Source: Tubulanus polymorphus
Lineage: Eukaryota > Animalia > Nemertea
Assembly (NCBI RefSeq): GCF_964204645.1
Contig: NC_134030.1
Location: 4,506,778-4,570,777 of the forward strand
Direction: 5' to 3'
DNA: 64,000 nucleotides
Part shown: positions 1-13,800 of the stretch, in pieces
Position numbering within the stretch: position 1 is the first letter of the stretch
How the letters are laid out: every line of letters starts with the position of its first letter
Notes under the pieces: model-generated
The model's database searches: none
The model's input: the letters and a program-made list of their open reading frames with translations, nothing else
Told to the model about the DNA's origin: nothing
Position numbers and translations under genes: made by a program

Positions 1-3000
1 ACGAAAACGGGCGATTTTTTTCATAAACGAGAACAGCGCCGTGAAAAATGACCGCTGTTATTTCAGCGTTTTGCGCCGGCAAATACAACTGTCATTCTCT
101 TCGTAGCTGACGGGAAATGGGTTTCTGCCGGCCGCACAATGTCAATAATTGGATTGTTTTCCTACACTGGGTGCCTAGCGTATAGACTTGCAAATGAGCG
201 TTTCACCAAAATCTATCACCTGGTAGCTCATAGCACGCCATATAGTAATCCATAAACGCTACAAGACGATCGCCGCCTTGAAAGCGCTCGTTGTCCGCGA
301 TGGCTTCATTTGCATAATGAATAGTGCTTCAGACCAGACATTATTTTCGCCGATTAGCCATTCCATCGACTGTCGAAACGTTATCCCGCGTGCGATTTGC
401 AAAAGATTTACACGATTTGCGTGCGAACTGTAATTAACTGTTTGCCTTCGCTGCCCACTGACACCCTCGGGGAACAGAGAATCGGAATCTGCAGGATAGG
501 ATACGGAGCTTGTCGTTTACCTCTGTTCAACAAACAGCAGTCAAAGTTCTTATCATCTTACCCCGTTATTATTTGCCTTGCTTGACAAAGGTTTTCCACG
601 ATGCGGTCTCACACGAACGTCATTCCTATTTTTTCTATATCTTACCCGAAGAAATAGACCAGTTATATTTCGGCCATCAGATTATTTCTATTTGAGATAT
701 TACTTTAGACAATCAATACAATGAGTATAGAGTTATGAATTGTCATATATTATGACGTTCTAATGAGTATTTAAGAGAGTGTAAAAAACGATGATTCTAA
801 TATAGCTGCAAACTGACGCTAACAATGATTTATTATCCACGAAAGACATCGAGCAGAATTTGGAAAGAAAAAAATCGAATTCAAGCCTAGGGAACAAAAA
901 TTACGGATTATAGCAGAAATATCTTATTACAGGAGAAAATAATGCTTTTATCGTTTTCTCTTTCTGCCGATGTTGATAATGGAATACGCGCACGTCGTTC
1001 GACATGCTCGCACGACTGAATGAGCTCAATCCATTTCAAGATTCAATTCTTAGGTGAGTTAGCCGAATTTCCTTTTTAAAACTTCAACTCTGGAGCTCGC
1101 AACAGTGGAACCGCGTGTCGTTGTGTAAACTTCACTGAACTGTGTAGTGTATACACGCGCGTCGTTTCGCTAAAAATGCTGAACCGAACGAATTGATGAC
1201 CAATCCAATCACTAATCCCTGGCGTCGTGTATATCGAGCGATGGGTAATTGCGTAAGCTGTTTTGATGTCCGGGACACTTGGTTCGTGTGTTAGCACGTA
1301 TCCTATTCGCCTGCGTTTTACCGATAGCATTTTACCGCTCTGTGTAGGCATTTCTGACAGAATATATGTATCAACGATGAACGTCGACAATAATTGAACT
1401 TCAACTCCATTGATCTTGACTAACTGATTCATATTGATCGGGTACCTCGATCCATCATCAATTGAGTCTATAATAGACAGACAATTAATGTAGCAATATA
1501 GCCGGAGCATGTATAATTATTCGGCGTGCTCGTCGCGAGAACACATGCTATTACTGAGGTAAACAGTAACACAGGCCACTGCCACTTGATGTCGTTATAA
1601 AGGAGTCAATAGTCGGTCATTACCACCTTATACACCGTTGAGATAGTACCGAGCGAGTTCATATATGGTATATCATATTCCAGAGTGGATAATCTTAGGT
1701 AGAATATATACCATTACACCCAGTAATTCGTATTACAGCAAGTCTCGCCTTCGATTGTCTCGGACAAAAACGAAATCGTTTGTCTGACCTCTCAACGTTT
1801 CCGAACTGGGACGGATTACCTCGGACCAATTTTGCCAGTCCCAGTTTGTACAGTTTTGAGTTGGGTTAGGTGTACTGAAGTATATCGCGCGATGACGATT
1901 TTGCTTTTTCGCATGTCGTAAGGCTTTGTAATTCAAGGCTTACGAGATACTTCATCATTATTTTCGTCCCACGCATGTCCGGTTATTTTGACGAAGTTGG
2001 GATTGCCACGGCGTCGAGCAGACGATATCGATGTAGCGCCATCTGCGAGATCCGTCTCGAATCGACCGGCAACGAACGCGAACAAATGATCAAATGATAT
2101 TCTTTTTTCTCGAATAAAAACATCAATCACTGTTATGATTTTTCATGTTGAATATCAGCATTGATCGATCGAGCGTCTGCGCTGATTGAATTTCAGGTCA
2201 CCGGAGTTTAAAATTAATTTCGATTTATCACGATTTGTTTCTATCGCGCTCACGGATTAGACGCATCGGAAAAGCCGACTACGCCACGCTTTTCGGGCGG
2301 GTTTTCGGGTCGGAAATTACCGAATATACTAGAGCACACGCCGGCGGAAATAAAACGAAATGCCCATACATTGTTCACCTGCCTCCCGCCGGAAATAAGC
2401 CCAGTATAAAGACCCAAAGATTTTCGTATGATTAAGACGCTGCGCCGTGTTTTTTTCTCCATCCTGACTAATTCTTATTTTTCTGGTGGATGTCAGTGAC
2501 GCAGAATAGTTACGGATAGAACGGCTTTAGGAAGGATTTAATCAAGATTTAACTTTGTTTACTAGTTCATTGAATTGAAAAAACGCAAAGGATTTACATG
2601 GTTGTAGAAACAACACGGCATAATGCACCCAATCCAAGTTCGGATATTAATAATTTACAGTATGGGATTGCACGCCTCCCTAAAAATGTCAAGTTGCCCT
2701 CAATTTTTACGGGAAATCCAACTGATATCTAAAAAGTTATGCTTGTTGTCTGTATTTCCTAAAATGAGTAAATATTTTTCGATGAGTTTTTTTCTGGTGC
2801 CCTATGATTATATGATGTACCTTATTTTAGGGATACACCCTCCCAGAATCAGACCATAGATCCACCCAGCCATATTAACCATAATTATATAGAGAATAAT
2901 TACAGTAGCTATTAATTCTTAATGAAGTTTAGTATAGTCTCAGTAAGGACGCGACATCTGGAAGAATTAATTTACGTATCTTGTCTAATGATTGTATAAT

Positions 3001-3534
3001 TTAGCAAATGATTTAAACAATGAATCGCCCCGGCTCAGTCTTTCATGTAAAGTAAATGAAAAGATGATGAATTTTTTATGAGGTTTGTTCACTATGGCTG
3101 TCACGATGGTGCGGATGATGGCCCCCTTGCTCTCACATATCTTTGATAAGGATTTCATATGCACTTCGAATAGCTTAGTGGACTTACACACGCAACATAG
3201 GCATCTCGAAATAACGAACGATGGTGGATAAATCATTTACGTTGTTCTTTAGTTTAATGCATCCATTTCAAGTGGACTCTTGAAATATTGCTTTCAGATA
3301 AATGAAAAAAGTGAATATTATTTTGAGCAAAGATAACACCTCCATCACGATATATGTATATATCCATGTACGTATCAAAGTATTCTCTTATGCTGAGATA
3401 TGCAATCGTATTATGCATATATACCTGTCGAGTGTATTTTGAACGGATAACGACGGCCGCTGCGGTGGGTATGAACACTGACTGCCGCATCACGCGCGCA
3501 ATCCGGTGTCGCCCGACACGCTGCGCCGCGAACC

Positions 3535-3872
3535 GAACAGTTCGTCACATCACGTCAATCTACGACAAACGAGCGAACGTTACCAGATACGGTATCACAT
3601 TACCTGGTCTTGTACAAGTACACCGTTCACATCTCACATAATCATCTCGAAGAAGATCTGAACAAATCACTGGGCATAAGCATTATTCGAATTACAAAAT
3701 GTCATCAGCCACCCGTAGAAATTAAATATTCTCAATTCGAATGCAGCCTCGAGATGAAGAACAATGAATGACCATTAGACTGCAACTTTTTCAGGTATTT
3801 GCAGCAAACACAATCATGCAAGTCTTGGAATTTACCATACGTTTCGGATAGATAGCGTGTAACGGCGATACG
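3535..3872 (+). other. Candidate non-coding first exon (possibly distal 5'-UTR exon of the mAChR gene)
   Basis: GC/CpG-rich promoter-like patch at ~3450-3560, followed ~330 nt later by donor ACG|GTAAGA (GT at 3873-3874). Start is approximate and assignment to the receptor is inference. Confidence 0.25.
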
Positions 3873-6800
3873 GTAAGATAATCTTTTATATTTTCTTCCT
3901 TAGAATTTGCAAGATACGTAAATAATAGATTTACCTCCGTACAACAAGGACACGGTAAAATCATAATGTTTTTTCACTTGCGAAATTGTAGATGCAAAAT
4001 TTGGAACCGTGTATTTTTCCGAATATAAGCATTAGTTAAAAACGCTATAATTTACTTGAAGTTTCCGCGATGTAAAACTCCTTAACTCTGATGTTATATA
4101 TGACATTTCAATGCAGTGTTTTTTTATTCTTCGCATTAAAGTCGAAAACTATGCCATAGAAAACGTCAGAATGAGGGTTATCGACAATGTCTATGTGAAG
4201 CAACATATAGAATACATAACGGAATATGCAACTTACAGTAAAATTCATCGTGTTCAATTTATTTATAAATATTTCATCCTTAAAGTACATTTTAATGCAC
4301 CATTCAGCCTATTTTTCAACATTTTTGCAAATCCATCGAATCATCAATATTTTCTATAGATTACAATAGGAATTGGCTCGTCGATGATTCAAAAATATTT
4401 GCATCACTTGATGAGTATATGCCACGATTTCTCACTATTCTCATCTTGATTACGATTTATCCATGGGAATTTCAATATGATCATTTTCCATTCGTTATCG
4501 CGACATACGTTGGCAATATGACCGTAAGTGAACTGAGAATCGCGTCGGTTCAATGTTTGATAATTAACCTCCTTGACGGATTTGACCGCAATTAACGACA
4601 CGCAATCAGACCATTCTAACGTCTAGCAGATGCTCTGTAACCCGACTACACGGTAACCCTTCATCGTAATCCGCAACGCTAGAAATTCACTTATAGTCAT
4701 AAATTGCCAGTAATTGTCACGATTGGAATTTTCATGTATCGCATTAATGTCAATTTAGATTGACTTCATAATTTGAATCCACGCTTGTATCGATGGTGTA
4801 CAAGGCGCACTGATGCACGATAAGATATGACGTAAGAATAGGAATACGTAATTAGGTCCGATATACGTAAGACTGGATAGATTGACGAAATGCGATACGA
4901 AGGTAAATCGCAGTTCGACAAATATGTGTACATTTGCCTTCATTGCCTCGAGCGAGATCTAATAAATCTCATCAATATCTCAAAATGAAGTGCTTTAATA
5001 TGGGAAACACTTCATCAAGGAGTTATACCAATTCACGAAAATCAGTCATATTACAGAATGATATTTAGATTCAGCCGGGTATAAAGAAAACACGTTTTAG
5101 GAGCTCCTGATTTTTAATCGGTATGATATTCATTCATTAAGATGATGATTATTTTCATTGATGTGCTATTTGAAATATACAACTATCCAATAAAAGTTCT
5201 GATGTAATCTGATCAGATGTATCAACATTAAATAAACATCTAACGTATTATCAATTCGAAAAGGCAATAAAGGCAATGATGGCAGGTATATTTCCAAACT
5301 CCGCGAAGTAGTTTTCAATGAATCTGACTTGTTTGGAAACAGATTAAGGGTATTTGAATAAAAACCAGCGTAGAAAATCCGTCCAGTAATGAGTGAAGCT
5401 TAGAATCTACGGAAAGATTACGTTGGTTGGAACGCGATCCGATTTGCCTAATACTGTATATAGTTTTAATTATTTAAAAACTACCTTTCCGTACGAAATT
5501 CGATCACAAGCTTTGTATACGTGAAATAATATCGACGGTGATTGAAATTTTAATTTAGCGAGAGCGTGACTTCTAATGGAATCGTTATCCCCGACTGTCA
5601 GATACCGTCACAATTTTAATGATTTATGTTTCCAGCCGATATACATGGTCAATATGCGAGCGGCGACTGAATGGAAAATGAACATAAAATCGAGACTACG
5701 AAGCACTGATTGTGCGCGCGCGAAAATTGATTGTTTCAATCAAAAGCAAAGTCTCTCGCCTTCAGTATATGATAAAGATAAAATATCCGAACAACGCGAT
5801 ATTCAATAACGTTATTAAACGAATTCTTTGATGCCGGATTCGAACATAGTACGTTGGAATGAATCGGAGATATTGCGATGACGATTAGACCGATGTCTCG
5901 TCGTTACGATTGGGTGTTTCTAGTTTTATCGTCATATCGCATTTAGTTTACGAGAAATAATCGTTCGTTTGCTACACATTCGATGAATCATTATATCTGA
6001 CTCAGGTTTTTTACTTTGAATTATTTCTGTAGTAGGTATAGAAGTATCTCGGGTCTTATTTATCAACATATCTGGCGACGGTTTTATTGACTTAGTTTCG
6101 CCGAAGACTACCATAGAAATACTATTTTGATAACCAGAATAGCGGTAGTCTTTTTATCAATCGATATACCTAATATGGTTTTCCGTACTTGTCTTCGAAA
6201 CAAACGTGGCTAGACGATAGATTATCTTAGATATATGCGCATTTATTTTTTGCAAGTGTTTTTGAGACTATATGATACGTTCGCTTTGTCTTGCGCTTAT
6301 GCACCCGATGTATGATCGTAAAAGCCTCATTGAGACTCGATTCGTCTCGAGATTGACGCGTCGAACGATTTATTCTTTAATAACCGGCGTGCGACAACAT
6401 TGAGTACGTCAATTACTGAAACGCGTTCGGTATTATCGGAATAAGAAACCAAAATAAAACACAAGCGCTCGGCGTATTGCGATGATGGATCAAACGAGGG
6501 CTTTTACACACTCAAAAAATGAATCTAGTGCATATTAGAGCACCTGAGATTATGCGTCAATAGCTATATGCCGAAAGCACAAGTACACTTATAACAAGCG
6601 TAGGATGTTCCATTTGAAGACTTTAAGAAAGGCTTGCCGAGATGCTCGGGTATCGATCACCCATACGCAAATCCTGATTTTCATGACAACTTTAAAACGA
6701 TACGCAGATTTATTCCTTCGTGGTAGTAGCGCCATCGAATCGCTTCTTAAACGATCCACTAAGAAAGCACTTACCACGACTCAAACCAATTCACAAAGCC

Positions 6801-9800
6801 AACACCTGTACGGAGTATTATCGACGGTTTTCTGGTAATCTTTTACGAATCGGAAATTGATAGACATTTTGTTCTACCGCCGCTTCGACAAAGGCGCGGT
6901 TGACGTTTGAAACTTGTACACCGTCGATTTCTCAAAAGTCGTGATCAAACATGTTTCTGTCGTGTTTTTGGTATCACTATCTTAAGGGTTACACCTTCGA
7001 TTAGAGAACAAAAAATCATCGCAACAATTCCAGTTCAAAAGCAAGAAAAAGCTGACGATACATTTTGCTCGATACTTTGTGTACGATATTTGTTTTTAGT
7101 CAGCCTTCGAATTCATAGACACAGCTGGTTGTGGACTAAACTAGAATTGGTAGACTCTTACAACTTACAATCCGTGGTGAAACAATGAAATATTCCCAGG
7201 GTCTAAACTAACATTACTTTTTTTTAAATTTTTAGCGATTTTTATTTGTCGTTTCCAATGACTTGAACTTGCAATACAGATGATAACTGATAAATAGATA
7301 ATGAAATTCGATACATGATCGTATATATTTATATATACATAGGCACAGTCCCTAGAGAGAAATAGAAGATAACACAATTCGTGTTGCGATGTATAAAGCC
7401 TACATGATATTGATGCACCGGTTTGTGATACGAATCAAAATGTGACCGATATATGGTCACGGTCATTATTTCACATAACACTGTGCCATACCACCAGACA
7501 CATTGAAAATAAGGTTGACACGTTCGGATTGACTTTCAGCAATCTCATCAATGAGTTCCATGGCGATTTTGAAGAACGAAGAATTATATGATACAGAATA
7601 GATATTTCACTATTGAACTAATTTTTGGATACGTAGTATTATTACGAAGAAACTTACGAGAAATGTATTTTTCAATCGGAAAATTTAGAAAATCTGAAGT
7701 GAAATCCATCGATTGATATATGTATCTCAACATTGGATATTCAAGAAAAGAAACCAGTGTTAAGGTTTAATATGAGATGACCTTTTCGATAGAACGGAAT
7801 GAAGTGAACAGCTTTTGCGAGGAGATTGAAAATTCCAATGTCGCTATTTCGAGTTCAAACGAACGCAAATTGATACCAAAGACGGCTTCTGAGCTAAGCA
7901 CGATTTGATAAATAAGACTTCATACATGTTTAATGGAAGAATCATGCGATTTTCTGTCGCTAGGACATGTCGGATTGAAAAACTGCAATTAATTTACGAT
8001 TTGCTTCCGATGGAATATGCCCGAAGTTATCGGCAGCATATCTGAGCGTTAAATAGCGTCTTTATCGTCGTGCCTGGCACCAGCTGGTATCTTATCATTT
8101 TTATATCGTTTGTCAAAATTGGAGCATCAATTTTTCGTCTCACTCGACTGGTATCGAGGGATTTCGAATGGCGGGATACATCTGATTGCTCGAGGAATGC
8201 GTGAATAAAATAATACGATTTTCGCGCGGCTGTAAAGGTTTTTTTCAGGTGATTGCTCTCATCGCGCTTGGCGTTTGAGTAAGTCGACTGAAAAGTGGAA
8301 AATCGAGAAGTATTATACATGAAGAATAAGCGAGATGGGGGTAACGCAGCCTACTTAGCGATCTAGGAATCATGGGTTCTGTTGGCACTTTTGGCCTCAG
8401 GTCCACGTTGTGAGTCAATATCAACCCTCGAGTAAAGATATAAGTCTATTTACTTACTGTGGAAGTGGCTTCAGTGGTGCTTGCTTACGGGTGGAAGTCA
8501 AAGTGAACATAAAAATAAATATCTTTCTATCTATCTTACATTGTTACTTAAAAGCGACAATGTACATAGTTATAAGACAATGCGTATACACAAACTTTTA
8601 TCGGGTTTGATAAATAAACGTTTTAACTATTTTATCTTCGCGTTCGGAGGGGAATCTCGACGCGATAAAAGTTATCATTCGTAATTGAATATCGATGCGT
8701 GTTTTACAAGAATAACTACTGCAATAAAACGTACACTTGTTTAATGATCGGAAAACATCTTTAGATGTCGTTTTCATGCCTAAGAACAGCCCGGGGGTGA
8801 ATTCGCAGATACACTGCGCGGGTAAGCGCAGGTTCACAATACCACTCATAAGACGGATAGACACCGAGTCTATTTCGGTATATTTAAATATAGAAGCCGC
8901 AATGTAATGAAAAAACAATAATTGAAAACATCAACGTTGAAATATATATTTAAGTGACTCTCGTGGGCATATGTCACCAGCAGTAGCAGCGGTACCAGGC
9001 ATTAAATAAACTGTAAGATTCTATCGATTCTATCATAGAAAAGACAGCACGTCAATACAGCGAATATCTTATGTATACTTTGAAAAAAAAGTAACTGCAG
9101 GTTTTTGTGTACTCCAGTAAATATCTGATTCTCTTCATAGTTTTTGCTCGCTTATCACTTCCACTTTTCTTTTATCCAATTCTCCGTCAGCCCGAGGTAA
9201 ATTCTGAGCGTCGAGGATCGTATTAAAAGTGAAAGTGTAGTCACTTCTGGGTCCGATTTGAAATACAATCATTGTCGACTCGATCAAAATATTCACATCT
9301 CACGATTCTTCACCAATACGTGCAGTATATACCTTAACAGCCACCGCCACGTCTTGCCTGAATTTCACGGCATTTTCTACTACTAATCATGATGAAACAC
9401 TGCATTGTTTATTTTGACGTATCGACTATATCCTAATCACCACCTTCGTATGCCCGTATTGATGACTAGAGTAGAACCGTCGAAATAAACTACAGCCTAG
9501 GGAGACCTTCCGGATTTCTTCTTCGTTTTTCTTTTCTCGTTTTTTTTATGTCGTGGGATTTTATCGTACATTTTCTGCTACGTGTACTCAGGTGTCGATT
9601 TCGATGCGCACCATATATACCAACGCATATCCGACTTCAGGTTACGAGTGTATATCAAGAATGTATATATGGACACCGCATCCGATGGGATAACGACACA
9701 CGACCCGCTGGTGCAAGCAGTCAGTTTACTAATCGAATGATGGGTTTGAGTAGTGGCGTGATAAGGATATTCTCAATGAGTAGTAATTGTCAGCAGTATT

Positions 9801-10219
9801 GGAGCCGAACTAGTCGCCTTCTCAGCGCCGCTGAATAATTAGGCGCATTTATACCGTATAAATGCCATCAAGGTAAATTGGTCGGTTTCACCTTGACACG
9901 TAGTTGAAATTCATAAATGCTTCTCCGTGTACTTAATCGAATAACATTCCGTATAGTGGGTATAATTTGGTGCACGATGGATTTTCGCATTTCGCAGTCA
10001 CTTAAGAGAACGCATTATATTCGAAATGATATAACTAGAAATATTGCGTTCGAAAGAAGCGGTTGACATTCTTTTTCTACATTTTGCGGATTACCTTTTT
10101 CGTATATTAGAAACTTCGACTTTTTTCTCTCTATTTCCCGCTAATGCAAGGCAGTTCCGACAACAAAACATGTCATTGATCACATTCATCTGATCGGTCA
10201 TTTCCGTCAGCAAATCGTA

Positions 10220-10811
10220 AAACAAATATTTACAAAATAACATCTATATCCATCAGAATCAAACCATTTTCAAGGTAACGATGTGTTTGTTTCAAATCCA
10301 CAGTCACAATACTCGGCGACGTCAAGATTTACAAACACTTTCTTTCAATAGTCTAAGAAGAAAATTTTCAGTAAAAGTATCCGGCCCTTTACTTTGGAAT
10401 AACATCAGTGAAAATCTAAAAAACATGGAAAATTCTAAACTGTTCCTAAGAAATTATAGAAAGCAACTTTGTGCTTGATTTTATCATACAGTTATTCGAA
10501 CTAAAATTATTGTTTTTGGAATATTTCAGAAAATAACTGGCTTATTAAATGATTATATCTTAATCAAGTTGTTATCATAGTTTACTTTGATTGCATTTTG
10601 TGTGTTAAGGGTTGACTGTGAGCATATTATTTTCTTTATTGCATTTCTCTTTTTTTCTTTTCTCTTTTGAGGGACCTGTTTTATACAAACTATTCCTTAG
10701 TTTCTACAGGCCCCTCCAGGTCTAATTTACTGTATTTTGTATTATGCTTTGTACACTATGCAGTAAATTATATTTGAAAAATAAAGTGTTCAAATCAAAT
10801 CAAAATCAAAT
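10220..10811 (+). mobile_element. 5'-truncated non-LTR retrotransposon (L2/CR1 group, Crack/Daphne-like) 3' end
   Basis: ORF 10281-10478 reads HSHNTR...KFSVKVSGPLLWNNISENLK...FLRNYRKQL, matching the H-x-(Y/H)NTR...G-x2-LWN-x-(L/I) C-terminus of L2/CR1-group ORF2. It is followed by a T-rich 3'UTR, a stem-loop (gagggacctgt 10669-10679 / acaggcccctc 10706-10716), AATAAA at 10780-10785 and a (CAAAT)n tail at 10791-10811. 5' boundary approximate. Confidence 0.8.
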
Positions 10812-13800
10812 AGCTATAGCCGACCAGTGCACTTCAAGAATATATGCTTGCTAATCGCATTTATAGCTATTATATGGCTGTCTTAGATTATTCTAATACT
10901 TGTTGGCATAACATTGTCTCTAAAAACCGATAAACAGCCTTCGTATCTACGGTGACATATTCATAAATCACGAAGAGATTTGCCTTTTTGACCAGGCGAG
11001 TGGGATAACCATGGAAGCGCGCACTCATCCCCGAGTGTAGATGAATCAGAAATGATCCATGCTTCACATCTATCCCATATATAGCTTTATCCCCCATAGA
11101 GCTTCCGAGCTGACATGTTATGTTATCAAAATGCGATCTGGTTGTGTCATCATTAGTTTCCCTGGTGCCGAGACTCTGGGCTGTTAGCATAATCCCCGAT
11201 ACCGGTACATCGCTCTCGCCAACACCCCATTAACGTTATGGCCCCATCGTCGATATTTTATCCTAAAACAACAGCATAGTTACGTGCGAAAAAACACCCG
11301 GTAACATTATCCAACCGTATAACCCTATCATAATGGCTAATACCAGGCACTGTTGACTATATGTCCATCCCAACTAACCAAAAACCACTAAGAAAATAAC
11401 GCACTAAAGAATCGGCTCACATGAAACATAAACCGCCTAACGACACTCATTCATATACGACTAAAATACGCAGCAGACCAAATAGATACGGAGGTCCCGG
11501 AGGTTTATAGATGGGACAATTCGAAAGAATGGCTTTTTTCGCTCGCTCGGGGCAACTCCTTAATACTACTCGATATAAGTCAAATTTGCCTTGAATATTT
11601 ATGTTGCGTCTTCATCGTGGTTACGATCAACGTCCCTAGCTACCCGATATATTTACGGACTACAACACCGGAATACTTCACTATTCACTATATACAGAGA
11701 TAGACGTTTGAGTGACGGGTCTATTAAACGGTTATTACTCGAACGTCGTGGATTTCTCTGGCTAGATTTGTCGTTTGGGAGAAGTTATGCGCATGTGTTC
11801 TTTCCGCCAGTAAATTTCTTCCCACGGGGCCGTACGCTCAGAAAGAGGCCGCGCGCACTGGGCACAAACACTATAGAACCGATGACCAATACACCTTCCA
11901 CGTATCGTATTAAGTCATAACTGCGAATAATGACTGTCGCAACTGAGTTCGATTTTCCTTTACCCAAGAGCGATTCGATTCGTTTGATGGATAAAAAAGC
12001 ATTTCTTTTCTTGCCGAAGAAAGCTTATCACCGCACACCACCACAGATATTTAGCGCTCTATCAAAATGAGTTCGTCTAAGGGAGCGTATCGGTTGTGTT
12101 CGTCAAGTTGAGACCTGGGTTCAAAAGTGGTTTCATACGTTCGTACTATCTTATTGCTATAGCCAACATGTTTATTAATATCCAGAGCATTTTTGAACCT
12201 AAGTCATGACCTGTGAAACACTGTCATTCCAATCTAAATATGCTCCAGCCGCGGTGCATCCCACAACACTGAGAAAGGGAAAAGTGCCCAAAGAGGTTTC
12301 CTTTGGTTAATGACTTGAGAATTGTTCAGTAAGACTATTCCATTCTGGATTGAATTGAATTATGTATCTCGTAATTTTTGTAATAATGTTATTATTCGTA
12401 AAGATGACGATTAGGATTCAGTCGAAACGTCGAAAATGAACCATTATCGTTACAATGCGGACACATAGTGTTTCATCAATGGTTAATAAACCCGTAGCAT
12501 CGTGTATGCTACACGAATCATACAGTGTTGACCGCAACGTGCTCTGCCGGGCGCATTGATTTGAAGATTCAATTTCGTAATTAGTAGAGATTTTAACTGT
12601 TAACCTTAAATTACCTCATCGACGACTGGACAATAACGCTAATGTCGTCGCATACATAGGGCTGGTGACAGTGATGATTGTCATGAATGTTGCCGGTTAG
12701 CCTGACCGTACTCCGGAAATATCTAAAAACGTACGTCATTTGGGACATATTCGTAAACATGATACTCGCGGTAATGGAAACTAAATAATTATGTCGAAAG
12801 CATCCATCTGATGGAAAAAAGAAATAACGAAATTCTGGTTATTGGCCGTCAAAAAACTTTGAATCACGCCCACCCTTTCTGTATTTGGAATCGATGCCCC
12901 GTAATTTGACTTAGCTTAACCGCGGAAGCGTGGTAGTAACTACCCGAAATATTTCTACTTCTTCGTAAATGTTTTAGTTCAATAACAATTGCGGATTTTA
13001 CATTTCGATTCAGTATAAGAATTGATTCTTCATAAACATGATGATATGTTGTGATTTATTGTCAAGTCAAATTTTTACAGAATTAATGAATAAGCAAAAT
13101 ACATTAAGAATGTAATAATATTAAAACATAACAAATTATCAGAATCGAAATGACAATAACGATACGAATGAACTGCGTAATACGTTTCAAGTCGAATATT
13201 TAACTCGATTTCAAACATTCGCCGTTCAGAATAAACCTTGAGACGTGTAGGTAATACAAAAACCTAATCACGCGTAAAACCATCAGATTAATTCGATAAA
13301 AGGTTTCTCGGGTAACATTCCGTCTGCTCAGTTGAGTTTGTTCATTTTTTTGCGAAGATTAATAGACACACGGATCAAATTGACACCACGCGGATACAAA
13401 TTTATATATCCAGGTGACGGAAGTGCTTTTTAGTATCATTCAAAGTGAACATATTATATGGACACTAATGTACGCCGCAATCTGTGCTGTTTTTGGGACG
13501 GTATCAATCTCTACTGCTGAATCTTCATCCCATCCGTTTGTATAATTATGCGCGTGTTGTAGTCGTAGTTTTATCGACTCGACGTCCATTCATTTCGTTC
13601 GATATATCCGTGTACACGACGACGATATACGGTAAATTGTTTTTGCGCAGATAAGAAACGAGATCGCTAAACGACGTGGCGACCAATGATGGATGTCGGC
13701 GTGACTCTTCGTTTTATGCTTCGATTCTCAAATAATGATTAAAAGCCGGCTGGCTAATTAAAAACCAGTCGAGATTCGATCGGTCTCGGTCGTTCCCTAC

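Noticed and set aside
1076-2130. Three minus-strand ORFs (144, 67, 65 aa) that might be one fragmented gene
   Set aside because: No recognisable domain or motif, and I could not build a phase-consistent splice chain. BLAST/RNA-seq would be needed.
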